From an uncultured Clostridia bacterium (GTDB taxonomy: Bacteria > Bacillota > Clostridia > TANB77 > CAG-508): 59,928 bases of DNA. Positions 29,774 to 40,600 of this stretch are shown here, piece after piece (position 1 is the stretch's first letter; each line of letters opens with the position of its first letter). Location: positions 1 through 59,928 of the forward strand of contig CANQGW010000005.1 of NCBI GenBank assembly GCA_947623555.1, given 5' to 3'. The position numbers and the translations under genes were made by a program. The notes beneath the pieces are model-generated. The model was given only the letters and a program-made list of their open reading frames with translations. It ran no database searches and was not told where the DNA came from.

Positions 29774-30032
29774 ATGGCATTTAGAGACAAAAGTATATGG
29801 ATATTAATATTGTTTATATTAAGTGGTATTGTAGTAGGAGGCTTGCTTCGGTGAACTCGCAGCACATGTTGATTTCTTATCATGGCTTGCCTATGGGCAA
29901 AACTTTGGTTTAAGTAACCCAGTAGAACTTGATTTAAATGTTATTAAATTAACTTTTGGTCTTGTATTTAAAATTAACATTGCAAGTATAATAGGTATAG
30001 TTTTAGCAATTTTTATTTACAAAAAAGTTTAG
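29774..30032 (+). CDS. DUF4321-family small membrane protein, needs a +1 shift at CGG 29849-29851
   Basis: ATG 29774 after GGAGGA gives MAFRDKSIWILILFILSGIVVGGLL, then CGG-TGA. Skipping C29849 continues GELAAHVDFLSWLAYGQNFGLSNPVELDLNVIKLTFG...IYKKV, a DUF4321-like sequence in its usual place upstream of radC-mreB. Confidence 0.7.
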
Positions 30033-30143
30033 TCACAAATGAATAAAAAAAGAATAGGGGAAAATACTTTATTTAAAGTCTTTAAAACTTTAATTTAATT
30101 CAAAAATTATTTTTGGGGGCACTACATAAAGGAAGGTGTAATT

Positions 30144-30860
30144 ATGTCAATTAAAATGAAGGAGCTCCCAATTTCAGAAAGACCTTATGAAAAATTAGAA
30201 ATGTACGGAGAAGATGCATTATCTGATGCAGAATTACTAGCGATTATCATAAAAAGTGGAACAAAAGAAGAAAGCTCGGTTACGCTAGCTCAAAAAATAC
30301 TTTCACTAGGACAAGAAACAAATTTTAAAAAAAGCAATATAAAATTTTTGCAAGAATTATCTATTGAAGAACTAACTAAAATCAACGGAATTGGCAAAGT
30401 TAAAGCAATACAAATAAAAGCAGTATGTGAACTTGCAAAAAGGATCTCAAGGCCAATAGATATTTCAAAAATAAAAATAAAGACTCCCCAAGATATAGCA
30501 GGCTTATTAATGGACGAACTAAAGCTTGAAAAAAAAGAAATAGTGAAAGTAGTTATATTAAATTCCCAAAATGAAATAATGAAAATACAAACCATTTCTC
30601 TTGGAGGTACACACTCTGCACATGTAGAAATAAAGGATATATTGCATGAAGCAATAAAAAGAAATGCTACAAAAATTATTATAGTACATAATCACCCAAG
30701 TGGAAATGCCACACCAAGCAAACAAGATATAGAATTCACAAAAAATTTAGAAAAAGCATGCGATATACTTGGTATACAACTGTTAGATCATATTGTTATT
30801 GGAGAAAATCAATATGCAAGTATAAAATCATATCTATTAAAAGAAAGGATGAAAGAATAA
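30144..30860 (+). CDS. radC: RadC-family JAB-domain protein
   Basis: HhH region plus JAMM motif HNHPSG; upstream of mreBCD. Confidence 0.9.
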   Translation: MSIKMKELPISERPYEKLEMYGEDALSDAELLAIIIKSGTKEESSVTLAQKILSLGQETNFKKSNIKFLQELSIEELTKINGIGKVKAIQIKAVCELAKRISRPIDISKIKIKTPQDIAGLLMDELKLEKKEIVKVVILNSQNEIMKIQTISLGGTHSAHVEIKDILHEAIKRNATKIIIVHNHPSGNATPSKQDIEFTKNLEKACDILGIQLLDHIVIGENQYASIKSYLLKERMKE

Positions 30861-30861
30861 C

Positions 30862-31890
30862 ATGAACTTATTTGGTTTAAATTCAAAAGATATAGGGGTA
30901 GATTTAGGAACTGCTAATATTATTATTACTTTAAAAGGAAAAGGAATTGTGCTAAACGAACCATCTGTAGTAGCAATTGAAAAAAGCACTCAAACTATTT
31001 TAGCAACTGGAAAAGAAGCAAAAGAAATGCTAGGAAGAACCCCAGAAGATATTTTAGCAATTAGACCAATGCAAGATGGAGTTATAGCCGACTTTACAGC
31101 TACGCAATTAATGCTTAAAAACATGATACAAAAAGTATGCCAACGATATAATGCAGGAAGGCCAAGAGTAGTAGTGGGTGTACCATCAGGAATTACAGAA
31201 GTAGAAGAAAGAGCAGTAGAAGAATCGGTTATGCAGGCAGGTGCAAAAGAGGTATATTTAATAGAAGAACCAATGGCAGCAGCTATAGGGGCTAATTTAG
31301 AAGTATCAGAACCAACAGGAAGCATTATTGTAGACATAGGTGGAGGAACTACTGAAGTAGCCATTATTTCGCTTGGTGGAATTGTAGTAAGCAATTCTTT
31401 AAGAATAGCAGGAGATGAGCTAAACGAAGATATTGTAAATTATGTAAAAAAAGAAATGAATTTAGCCATAGGAGAAACAACAGCAGAACAAATAAAAATA
31501 AAAATAGGATGCGCAAAACCACTTTTAGCAGAAGAAGAAATGGAAATAAGGGGAAGAAACTTAACAACAGGGCTTCCAGAAGTAAAAACAATTAACTCTA
31601 CTCAAGTACAAGAAGCAATGGAAGAATCAATTGAAAAAATTGTAGACTTAATTAAGCAAACACTAGAAAAAACACCACCAGAACTTGCATCAGACATTAT
31701 GGAAAAAGGAATAGTACTAACAGGTGGAGGGGCATTAATTAGAAACTTTGACGAATTATTAGCACAAAGAACTGAAATGCCAGTATATGTTTCAGAAAAT
31801 CCATTAGAATGTGTAGCAAGGGGAGCAGAAAAAACACTAGAAGACCTAGAAAAATTACGTTCAGTTTTAACAAGCTCAAGAAGAAAATAA
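30862..31890 (+). CDS. mreB: rod shape-determining protein MreB
   Basis: Actin-fold phosphate motifs (DLGTANI, DIGGGTTE). Confidence 0.95.
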   Translation: MNLFGLNSKDIGVDLGTANIIITLKGKGIVLNEPSVVAIEKSTQTILATGKEAKEMLGRTPEDILAIRPMQDGVIADFTATQLMLKNMIQKVCQRYNAGRPRVVVGVPSGITEVEERAVEESVMQAGAKEVYLIEEPMAAAIGANLEVSEPTGSIIVDIGGGTTEVAIISLGGIVVSNSLRIAGDELNEDIVNYVKKEMNLAIGETTAEQIKIKIGCAKPLLAEEEMEIRGRNLTTGLPEVKTINSTQVQEAMEESIEKIVDLIKQTLEKTPPELASDIMEKGIVLTGGGALIRNFDELLAQRTEMPVYVSENPLECVARGAEKTLEDLEKLRSVLTSSRRK

Positions 31891-31947
31891 AGGCATAGTT
31901 ATAAATGCCTAAATTAATATGGGTAAGAAATAAGGAGAAAATATCCT

Positions 31948-32775
31948 ATGTATAAAAACAAAAAAACAGGAATTATTGGAATAATAATAACAATTATTAT
32001 TTTAATATTAGTTGTTATTTTATCAAATACAGATATTCAAAAAGTTTCTTATTTGGAAAATGTCTTAAGTAGTATTGTTATGCCCATTCAAAACGGTCTT
32101 ACTTACTTAAAAAATAAAATAGCAGGCAATGACAGCTTTTTTAAAGAGCTAGAAAGTTTAAAATCAGAAAATGAAAGCTTAAAACAAAAAAATAGCGAAT
32201 TAGAGCAGTCATTAAGAGAACTTGAAATTATAAAGTCTGAAAACCAAACATTAAAAGAATATGTAAATTTAAAAGATAAATATCCAGAATATCAGTCAAT
32301 TCCAGCTTATATTATTAATAGGGACATTAATAATTTTACAAAAACAATTATAATAAATGTTGGCGAAAAAGATGGTATTAAACCCAAAATGACTGTAATT
32401 GCAGACCAAGGGTTAGTAGGCTATGTTATTTCAGTAACTGCAAACACTGCAAAAGTACAAACCATAATAGACCCATCAACATCTGTAAGTAGTATCATTA
32501 GTACATCAAGAGAAGGAATTATTGTTAGCGGAACTCTAGAAAGCAATAACCTTTTAAAAGCCACATATATTCCAACAGACGCAACAATACTTGAAAAAGA
32601 CAATATAGAAACCTCTGGACTTGGTGGTATATATCCAAAAGGAATTCATATAGGCATAATAAAGCAAGTAGTTAACACACAAAATAGTATTGATAGATAT
32701 GCCTATGTAGAAACAGCAGTTGACTTTTCAAAATTAGAAACAGTTTTAGTTATTACAAATCAAGTAGAAGAATAA
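31948..32775 (+). CDS. mreC: rod shape-determining protein MreC
   Basis: N-terminal TM segment, coiled coil, beta-barrel C-terminus; lies between mreB and mreD. Confidence 0.9.
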   Translation: MYKNKKTGIIGIIITIIILILVVILSNTDIQKVSYLENVLSSIVMPIQNGLTYLKNKIAGNDSFFKELESLKSENESLKQKNSELEQSLRELEIIKSENQTLKEYVNLKDKYPEYQSIPAYIINRDINNFTKTIIINVGEKDGIKPKMTVIADQGLVGYVISVTANTAKVQTIIDPSTSVSSIISTSREGIIVSGTLESNNLLKATYIPTDATILEKDNIETSGLGGIYPKGIHIGIIKQVVNTQNSIDRYAYVETAVDFSKLETVLVITNQVEE

Positions 32776-32800
32776 ATTTGCTATTATTTTAAGAAAGTAG

Positions 32801-33343
32801 GTGAACCAGTTGAAAAAAATTATTACTGCAATTGGAATTATAATTACATTTTTTATTATATACTTTTTACAGTCAAATTTTTTTACATGGTTTACAATAA
32901 ATGGAGTAATGCCAAATTTATTTGTTATTTTTGTTTTATGGATAGGGCTATTTATTGGTAAAAAAGTAGGCCTTGTATGTGGGATTATATTTGGCATTTA
33001 TATAGATTTCTTAATAGGAAAATCAATTGGAATGTCCGGCGTTATGTTAGGCTTAATAGGGCTTTTAGCAGAATATGTAGATAAAAATTTTTCAAAAGAT
33101 AGCCGTCTTACAATTATGCTAATGATAGCAGTAAGCACTATTATTTATGAAATAGGCATGTATGCATTTCAAGTTATAAGGTGGAGCATTAATATAGAGA
33201 TATTAACCTTTTTAAAAATACTATTAATAGAAAGCCTATTTAACGTTATTCTATCTATAATACTATATCCAATTATTCATAAATTAGGATCATTAGTAGA
33301 AAGGCAATTCAAAACCAAAACTATTTTAACTAGATACTATTAA
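32801..33343 (+). CDS. mreD: rod shape-determining protein MreD
   Basis: 180-aa polytopic membrane protein following mreC. Confidence 0.8.
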   Translation: MNQLKKIITAIGIIITFFIIYFLQSNFFTWFTINGVMPNLFVIFVLWIGLFIGKKVGLVCGIIFGIYIDFLIGKSIGMSGVMLGLIGLLAEYVDKNFSKDSRLTIMLMIAVSTIIYEIGMYAFQVIRWSINIEILTFLKILLIESLFNVILSIILYPIIHKLGSLVERQFKTKTILTRYY

Positions 33344-33371
33344 ATAAAATGAAAAGAGGTGAATTAAAAAG

Positions 33372-35468
33372 TTGAACTCGCAAAAACAAAGCAATGAAAA
33401 ATTACGATACAACATACTAAATACCATAATATATATTATAGGTATTATTTTAATAATTCAGCTTTTTAATTTACAAATTGTACATGGAGAAGAATATAGG
33501 CAAACCTCTAATACTAGGCTTTCCAGAGAAACCACACTAAAAGCCGCAAGAGGAGACATTACAGATAGCTCTGGTAATAAGTTAGTAACAACTAAAATTG
33601 GATTTAGTTTAGAATTATATAAAACTAAAATTGGTAATCAAACATTTAATAAAACAATATTAAACTTAATAGAATTATTAGAAAAAAATAAAGATAAATA
33701 TATAGACAATTTACCAATTACGGTTAACCCATATAACTTTAAATTAGAAAATGAACAATTAGAAAAATGGAAACAAGAAAACGGTATTGATGAAAATGCT
33801 ACAGCACAGCAAGCATTTGAAACATTAAAAGAAAAATATGATATACAAGAACAAAACCCTCAAAAAGCCAGAAAAATTATGGTAGTAAGGTATGAAATAA
33901 CAAGAGATGGGTTTAGCAATATAAAACCAATAACAATATCAAAAGACATAAGTAGCGCAAGTGTAAGCCAAATAAAAGAACAAAGCAGTTATTTTCCGGG
34001 TGCAGCAGTTATTACAGAGCCAATTGTTATTTACCCTTACGGAAATTTAGCATCACACATATTAGGTTATGTTGGAGCAATATCTCAAGAAGAATATCAA
34101 GAAAAAAAAGACACCTATGATATAAATGACTTCATAGGAAAGTCAGGAATACAATATTCATTAGAAGAATATTTAAAAGGACAAGATGGCATAAGGCAAA
34201 TAGATATGTCAGTTGATGGAAGCATTACAGGAGAATATGTTACTCAAGAAGCGGTAAAAGGGGCAGATGTTACATTAACAATTGATGCAAACTTACAAAA
34301 AGCAGTAGAAGATGCCCTAAAAAACAATATAAATAAAATAGCAAAAGGTGAATACGGAAAAAAATATAATGCAAAAGCAGGATCTGCAATTGTAATGAAT
34401 ATAAAAACTGGTGAAGTTTTAGCAATGGCAAGCTACCCAGACTATGAGCCAGAACTATTTGTTAAAGGAATATCAACCGAAAAACTTGCTGAATATAACA
34501 AAAATAAAAATCAATTAAACAGAGCTATTTCAGGAAGCTATTCACCGGGGTCCATATTTAAAATGGTAGTAGCAACAGCCGCATTAGAAACAAATACAAT
34601 AACAACATCTAGCAGAATTTATGACACAGGAGTTTACCCAAGAGGGTATCACCCAGCATGTTGGTACTATACACAATACCATTATGGGCATGGCTCATTA
34701 AACCTATCACAAGCCATACAAAAATCATGTAACTACTTCTTCTATGAATTAGGTTACCGCATGGGAATAGATCCAGTAATTAATTACGCAAAAGCATACG
34801 GATTAGGCTCTAAAACCGGAATTGAACTATCAGGAGAAGAAACAGGAATAGTAGACTTAAAATCATATTGCAAAGAAGTCACAAACCAAGAATGGCAATT
34901 TGGAGATACTTTATCAGCAGTTATAGGGCAAAGCTATAACTTATATACCCCAATTCAAATAGCAAGGTATATTAGTATGATAGCAAATGGTGGAAATAAA
35001 GTAGATGTTACACTAATAAAATCTATTACGTCAGTAGATGGAAAGCAAGTAAACAAACAACAAATAGAAGCAGATGTAAACAAAAAATTAGGAATTGATG
35101 ATACTAGTAATGTAAAAGACTTAAATTTAAAAAAAGGAACTATAGAAGCAATTCAAAAAGGAATGAAAGGCGTTACTAGTGAATATGGAGGAACAGCATA
35201 CTATATATTTTCAGACTTTGGAATGGATATAGCAGGAAAAACAGGTTCAGTAGAAACAAATGTAAAAAACCAAGTTAATGGATGGTTTGCAGGATTTGCA
35301 CCTTATGATGACCCAGAAATTGCAGTAGTAGTTTTAATAGAAGGCGCAGGTTCTGGTGGTAATGTAGCACCTACTGCAAAAGAAATAATGAAAGAATATT
35401 TTGGAATGAATACAAAAAAAGTAACAGAAGATATAACAGCCATTCCAAGCACACAATTAACAAGATAA
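33372..35468 (+). CDS. mrdA: penicillin-binding protein 2 (elongation transpeptidase)
   Basis: N-terminal anchor, PBP dimerisation domain, transpeptidase motifs SPGSIFK and KTGS. Confidence 0.9.
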   Translation: MNSQKQSNEKLRYNILNTIIYIIGIILIIQLFNLQIVHGEEYRQTSNTRLSRETTLKAARGDITDSSGNKLVTTKIGFSLELYKTKIGNQTFNKTILNLIELLEKNKDKYIDNLPITVNPYNFKLENEQLEKWKQENGIDENATAQQAFETLKEKYDIQEQNPQKARKIMVVRYEITRDGFSNIKPITISKDISSASVSQIKEQSSYFPGAAVITEPIVIYPYGNLASHILGYVGAISQEEYQEKKDTYDINDFIGKSGIQYSLEEYLKGQDGIRQIDMSVDGSITGEYVTQEAVKGADVTLTIDANLQKAVEDALKNNINKIAKGEYGKKYNAKAGSAIVMNIKTGEVLAMASYPDYEPELFVKGISTEKLAEYNKNKNQLNRAISGSYSPGSIFKMVVATAALETNTITTSSRIYDTGVYPRGYHPACWYYTQYHYGHGSLNLSQAIQKSCNYFFYELGYRMGIDPVINYAKAYGLGSKTGIELSGEETGIVDLKSYCKEVTNQEWQFGDTLSAVIGQSYNLYTPIQIARYISMIANGGNKVDVTLIKSITSVDGKQVNKQQIEADVNKKLGIDDTSNVKDLNLKKGTIEAIQKGMKGVTSEYGGTAYYIFSDFGMDIAGKTGSVETNVKNQVNGWFAGFAPYDDPEIAVVVLIEGAGSGGNVAPTAKEIMKEYFGMNTKKVTEDITAIPSTQLTR

Positions 35469-35495
35469 AAATAATAAAGAAAGGAAAAGTAAAAA

Positions 35496-36110
35496 ATGAA
35501 AAGTAATATTAGTATACAAACCAAAAAAGACAAAGTAATTATAAAAATAGAAAATGATGTAGAACAAAAGCAAATATTACAAGAATTAAAAAAGAAATTA
35601 ACAGAACTAAAAAAATTGTACAAAGAAGACACTACACCTATTTTTATTACTGGTAAAGTCTTTAAAAACGAAGAAATGGAACAAATACAAGAGGAAATTC
35701 AAAAGGTACTTCCAGTAGACATAAACTTTGACAGCCCTAAAATATTAGGATTACATGGAATTAAAAAAAGTTTTAGTAAAGAAATTGCTACATCTGAAAC
35801 AAAATTCCATAGAGGGTCTTTAAGGTCAGGTCAAAAAATAGAATTTGAAGGAAGCCTAGTAATACTAGGTGATGTAAATGCTGGCGCAGAAGTACTAGCA
35901 GGTGAAAACATAGTAGTGCTTGGTATATTAAGGGGTATGGCACATGCTGGTGCAAAAGGAAACAAAGAGGCAATAATTGCAGCAGCATCAATAGAATCTG
36001 TACAAATTAGAATAGCCAATATTGTAAAGCAAATAGAAAAAGAAGAAATACAAGAAGAAATAAAAACTTGTGCCTATGTTAATGAGGATGAGGAAGTTGT
36101 GCTAGAGTAA
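35496..36110 (+). CDS. minC: septum site-determining protein MinC
   Basis: C-terminal MinC beta-helix signature (LRSGQKIEFEGSLVILGDVNAGAEVLAGENIVVLGILRG). Confidence 0.85.
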   Translation: MKSNISIQTKKDKVIIKIENDVEQKQILQELKKKLTELKKLYKEDTTPIFITGKVFKNEEMEQIQEEIQKVLPVDINFDSPKILGLHGIKKSFSKEIATSETKFHRGSLRSGQKIEFEGSLVILGDVNAGAEVLAGENIVVLGILRGMAHAGAKGNKEAIIAAASIESVQIRIANIVKQIEKEEIQEEIKTCAYVNEDEEVVLE

Positions 36111-36173
36111 ATACCTTTTATGATATTTTTTATAATAAGAAAGCATTATATTATTTTCTTGCTCGCAAAATAT

Positions 36174-36263
36174 AAAAGAATATAAATTGTTTTTTCGGCT
36201 CGCAGCGCCCTCACTAAAGTGAGATTACCCTACTCGCCTGCAAAAACTAATTTATATTCTTTT
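36174..36263. repeat. 90-bp GC-cored palindromic element, copy 1
   Basis: AT-rich terminal inverted arms (AAAAGAATATAAATT.../...AATTTATATTCTTTT) enclose the GC-rich core CGGCTCGCAGCGCCCTCACTAAAGTGAGATTACCCTACTCGCCTGC. The reverse complement recurs at 56818-56907. It is nested in a larger palindrome, 36136-36339. Confidence 0.85.
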
Positions 36264-36339
36264 ATTATAACATAAACAATATTGCCAAACTTTTTGTTTT
36301 CAAAATAAACAATACAAAAATAATATAATGCTTTCTTTT

Positions 36340-36657
36340 TTAACTTAACAATAGTAAAATTAAAGCGGTGAAAAGGTATTGATCTTGCACACCTTCTTGG
36401 TATAAAAAGAAAATAAGAGAAATAATTAAAACATCATCAAAATATAATTTTAAACCAAAAACTTCAAAAAGTGGAGCATCATTATTTGCTTCATTTTTTT
36501 TGTACTTATCTTGCACCTCTACCTTATGTATACTTTTTTCATTATAATTAGAAGGTAAATTAGGTAAATTACCATTAAAAGAATATGAATTATTATAACC
36601 ATAAGAATAGTATTTCCTAAAACGAGGAAAACTAAAAAATGGATAGCCATACATCAT
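36340..36657 (-). CDS. hypothetical protein, Tyr/Asn-rich N-terminus and hydrophobic C-terminus
   Basis: 105-aa ORF overlapping the stop of the upstream ORF by 4 nt (operon-like). Confidence 0.55.
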   Translation of the reverse strand: MMYGYPFFSFPRFRKYYSYGYNNSYSFNGNLPNLPSNYNEKSIHKVEVQDKYKKNEANNDAPLFEVFGLKLYFDDVLIISLIFFLYQEGVQDQYLFTALILLLLS

Positions 36658-37067
36658 TTATCCTTTTTACCCCCTAATGGATTCATTATTTCAAAAGCCT
36701 TTCCCATGCTAAAAAGCTTAATATACTGGTCCACCTTATCCTTTCTAGAAGAATTTAAATACGGCTTTAAAGACCTTAATAAATTAGACCTAGGATCATT
36801 TGCCTGCCTATTTAAATTATCTATAATAGACTTCATTTTAATCATAGTATCCATATCAATATTAAACGCATCTGACTGATTATTAGAATTGTTATCACTA
36901 TTACTTTCACTATGTCCATTCCTAGCTTGGTCAGCGGAATTAGAAGATATATCACCACTATTATTAGAACTTAAATTATTTAAAATACTTTTAATATTAT
37001 CTGGTATTTGATTATTTTTTATCATGTCATTCATTTTTTGCATAATATCTGACATATCTTCACTCAT
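36654..37067 (-). CDS. hypothetical protein
   Basis: 137-aa ORF with an Asn/Ser-rich low-complexity centre. Confidence 0.55.
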   Translation of the reverse strand: MSEDMSDIMQKMNDMIKNNQIPDNIKSILNNLSSNNSGDISSNSADQARNGHSESNSDNNSNNQSDAFNIDMDTMIKMKSIIDNLNRQANDPRSNLLRSLKPYLNSSRKDKVDQYIKLFSMGKAFEIMNPLGGKKDK

Positions 37068-37090
37068 AATATAACCTTCATTCTTTTTTA

Positions 37091-37240
37091 TTAATTTTTC
37101 TTTTTAAACTCATTTATAATTTTTGCCTTATCCTCATTACTCATCATTTGATTTAATTTAGCAATTCCCTGTTGTAATTCTGCTTTATCCATTTTAGAAA
37201 GCATCTCCATAAGCTTTGCCATATCAATATTATTATCCAA
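37091..37240 (-). CDS. possible small hypothetical protein (49 aa)
   Basis: TTG start 7 nt after GGGAGGA; not in the ORF track because it is short; first gene of the three-ORF minus-strand cluster. Confidence 0.35.
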   Translation of the reverse strand: MDNNIDMAKLMEMLSKMDKAELQQGIAKLNQMMSNEDKAKIINEFKKKN

Positions 37241-37620
37241 TAAAAAATCCTCCCTTTTTATATACACTAATCTTTATAAATATATATATTCAAATGATAA
37301 AAAAATGTTACTAAAAATTTAAAAATATATAAAATTAAATTATGTTAACAATAAATACAAAAATTAAAATTTTTGTAAATTGGTAATAAATTTGTAACAA
37401 AAATTTAATATTTGAACCATAAAACGACCTTCCGTAAAATATTTTCCATTTTTCGACAATTTTGGCAATTAACAACTATTGCAAAAAATATATAAAATGC
37501 TAAAATTGTATTATAGGATGTTTATGCCCAGTATTTTCAATAGGTTCACAGCAAACCATATAAAAATTAAGAAAAAACTTAAAAAAATTCACATATTTTG
37601 GAAAATATACTTTAAAACCA

Positions 37621-37649
37621 TTGAAAAATTGGCAAAAATGTCGTATAAT
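37621..37649 (+). promoter_or_regulatory. sigma-70-type promoter for the surface-protein operon
   Basis: TTGAAA (37621-37626), 17-nt spacer, TATAAT (37644-37649), 34 nt upstream of ATG 37683. Confidence 0.5.
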
Positions 37650-37682
37650 AATACTATGAGTTTAATTTTTTAGGAGGTTAAA

Positions 37683-40600
37683 ATGAAAACAAAACAAAGA
37701 ATAATCGCATTATTTACCACTATTTTATTAGTATGCACAAACTTTGCTGGTATAGCAGGTAGTGTAATAGCAGTAGAAATGCCAGAACAAAACAACAAAA
37801 CAAATCACGCAAATGTAACATTTGATAGCTATTTAGAAGGAAACACACATAGCAAAACATATAAAGTAGCAGATCAAGCAAAAATGTATTTAAAGGTAGC
37901 TGTAAAAAATGCAGGATACTTAAAAAATGGTACAGTTAACATATCAAATACTGCTAACTATGAAATAGACACAAGTAACCTAAAAAATGACATGATACAA
38001 AGTGCTACCGAAGGACAAGTAAAATTAAAACAAATAGGTAGTGGAAGTGAAATAGAAATAGCACTACCAATAAAAATAAAAGAGTCAAATCAAGTAGATA
38101 AAGACTTTATTGAAAAAATTTCTGCGGTAACATTTAATGGAACATATATAGATGCAAACGGAAAAGAAGTAGCAATAACAAAAACAATAAATAACCAAAT
38201 TATTTGGGAAGAGCAAACAAGTTTAGAGTTAAGCAGTAAAGTAACAAAATACATCCCATTTAATGAAGGAGAAAATTATGGTGTTTTAGTACAAACTACA
38301 GTAAGTAGTAAAATAAAAGACCATAATTTGCCAGTTTCAAAAACAGAAATACAAATGCAAGTGCCAGAGATGGAAGGAACATTACCAGAGGAAGTAACAG
38401 TAGTAGCAAACCAAACAACAAATACAAACAATGATCAAACAGGAACAGAATTTAGTAAAGAAAATTATGAATACAATAAAGAAGCAAAAACAGTAAGCAT
38501 AAAAGTAGAAAACAAAGAAAATGCAGAAGGAAAAATAGCAAACAACAAAGAAGGAACAGATGAATATTTAGTAAACTTCATATATAAAGGAAAAGAGCTA
38601 TATGATAGCATGAAGGAAAAAACATTTGAAGCAGAATCAAACATACAAGCAAAAGTTATATTAAAAAATACAAATGAAACAGCAGTAGAAGGAACTAATA
38701 AAGTTACATATAAAGAAAAAGAAGAAAAAGGACTTTTAACAGATTTAGAAGTTTCTGCTACAAACAGTGTAAATAAAGGAAATATATATGCAAACTATGA
38801 AAAAGTAGCTCAAAATAAACAAGCAAATTTAGAAACAGAATATGAAACAAAATATGCAGTAAAAGTAAACAATAAAGAATTAAACAATAAAATAGAGTTT
38901 TTAACAGGAACAGAAAGCTATAAAAATGCAAAAGAAGAAGAAACCCAAGTAGGAACAGGAAGCTATATAAAAGAAATAGTAGTACCACAAAATATATTTA
39001 CAAAAATATTAGGGCAAGAAGGAAGCATTACAATAAATAGAGCAGATGGAAGTACAATAGCAACAATAGATGAAAAATCAGTAACAAAAGAAAACAAAGA
39101 AGAAAACAATAAAGAAACTGAAGAAGAAAATAAAGAAGAAGAAACACAAACAAATCCAGACTTAACAATAGAAAACGGAAATTATGTATTAAACATAGCA
39201 GAAAGAAGAGTGCAAGAAGTACAAATAAAAACAAGTAGTCCAGTAGAAGAAGGAACATTAAGCATAACATTAAAAAGAGCATTAAGTCATAATAAAAGCA
39301 TTACATTAAATGAAATGAAAACATTTAAAACATTAAATGTAACAGTAGAAAATGCAATGAACAACAATGTAAAACAAAAAGTAGAACAAGCTATAAACTT
39401 AAAAGAAGTAACAACAAAAGCCCAGTTAAGTATAGAAGCAGGAAAAGAGAACCTATCAACAGCAGTAGTAAATGAAAATGTAGAAATAAGAGCAACATTA
39501 GATATATCTAGCACAGAAAATGCCCTATACAAAAACCCAACATTAAAAATAAAAATGCCAAGTCAAATAAGTAAAGTAGACATCAATAAGAGTAGCTTAT
39601 TAATGGACGGCGGATTAAAAATAAAAGAAATAAAACAAGAAAAAGAAAATGAAAGTATAGTAATAAAAGTAGAATTAACAGGAAGTCAAACCGACTATGT
39701 AGAAAACGCAGACTACAAGGGAGCTATACTACTATTAGATACAAACCTAACAGTAGATACATTAGCAACAAGTGGAAGTAAAGAAATAAAAATGACATAC
39801 ACAAATGAAAATAGTGTATCAGAAAATAAAGAAGGAACAGCAGAAGCAAAAGTAAATATAGTAGCTCCAGTAGGAATAGTATCAGCAAACGGAATATCAA
39901 ACTATTCAAAAAATGAAAAAAATATAATGACAATTTCAGCAAACGAAGTAGAAGCAAACTTACAAACATATAGTGAAAAACAAATAGCAACAGTAAGTGG
40001 AAAAATAATAAACAACTATGGAAATAAAATAACAAATGTACAAGTACTAGGAAGAATACCAAGTAAAGAAAACACGAACACACAAACAGGAGAAAGTTTA
40101 GGTTCTACATTTGATAGTAAATTAAATAGTCCAGTAAAACTAACAGGAATAGACAGTAAAAACTATAAAGTATATTATTCAGATAAAGCAAATGCAACAA
40201 GAGAGTTAAATAATAGTGAAAACGGCTGGAAAGAGCAAGCAACAACAGGATCAAAATCATATTTAATAGTAACAAACAATTATGAAATGGAGCAAGGAGA
40301 AAAGATAGATTTTGAATACAACATAGAAATACCAGCAAACTTAAGCTATAATAACCAAGCATCAGAAATGTATCAAGTATATTATGAGAACGTATCAAAA
40401 GTAGGAACAATAGCAGAAACGAAAACATCACCAATAATAACAACCTCAACAGGAGAAGGACCAGAGCTAAAAGGAGAAATAAGCCAAACAATAGATACAG
40501 TTAGAGAAGGCCAAATAGTAAAAATGAAAGTAAAAGTAAGTAACACTGGTGGAATGGATGCTACTGATGTTAAAGTTACTGTTAAAAAGCCTACAGGTGC

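Noticed and set aside
37479-37673. 64-aa plus-strand ORF upstream of the first adhesin gene
   Set aside because: It lies in an AT-rich promoter region and has no RBS. It contains the predicted -35/-10 of the adhesin operon and its composition is Lys/Ile-rich.
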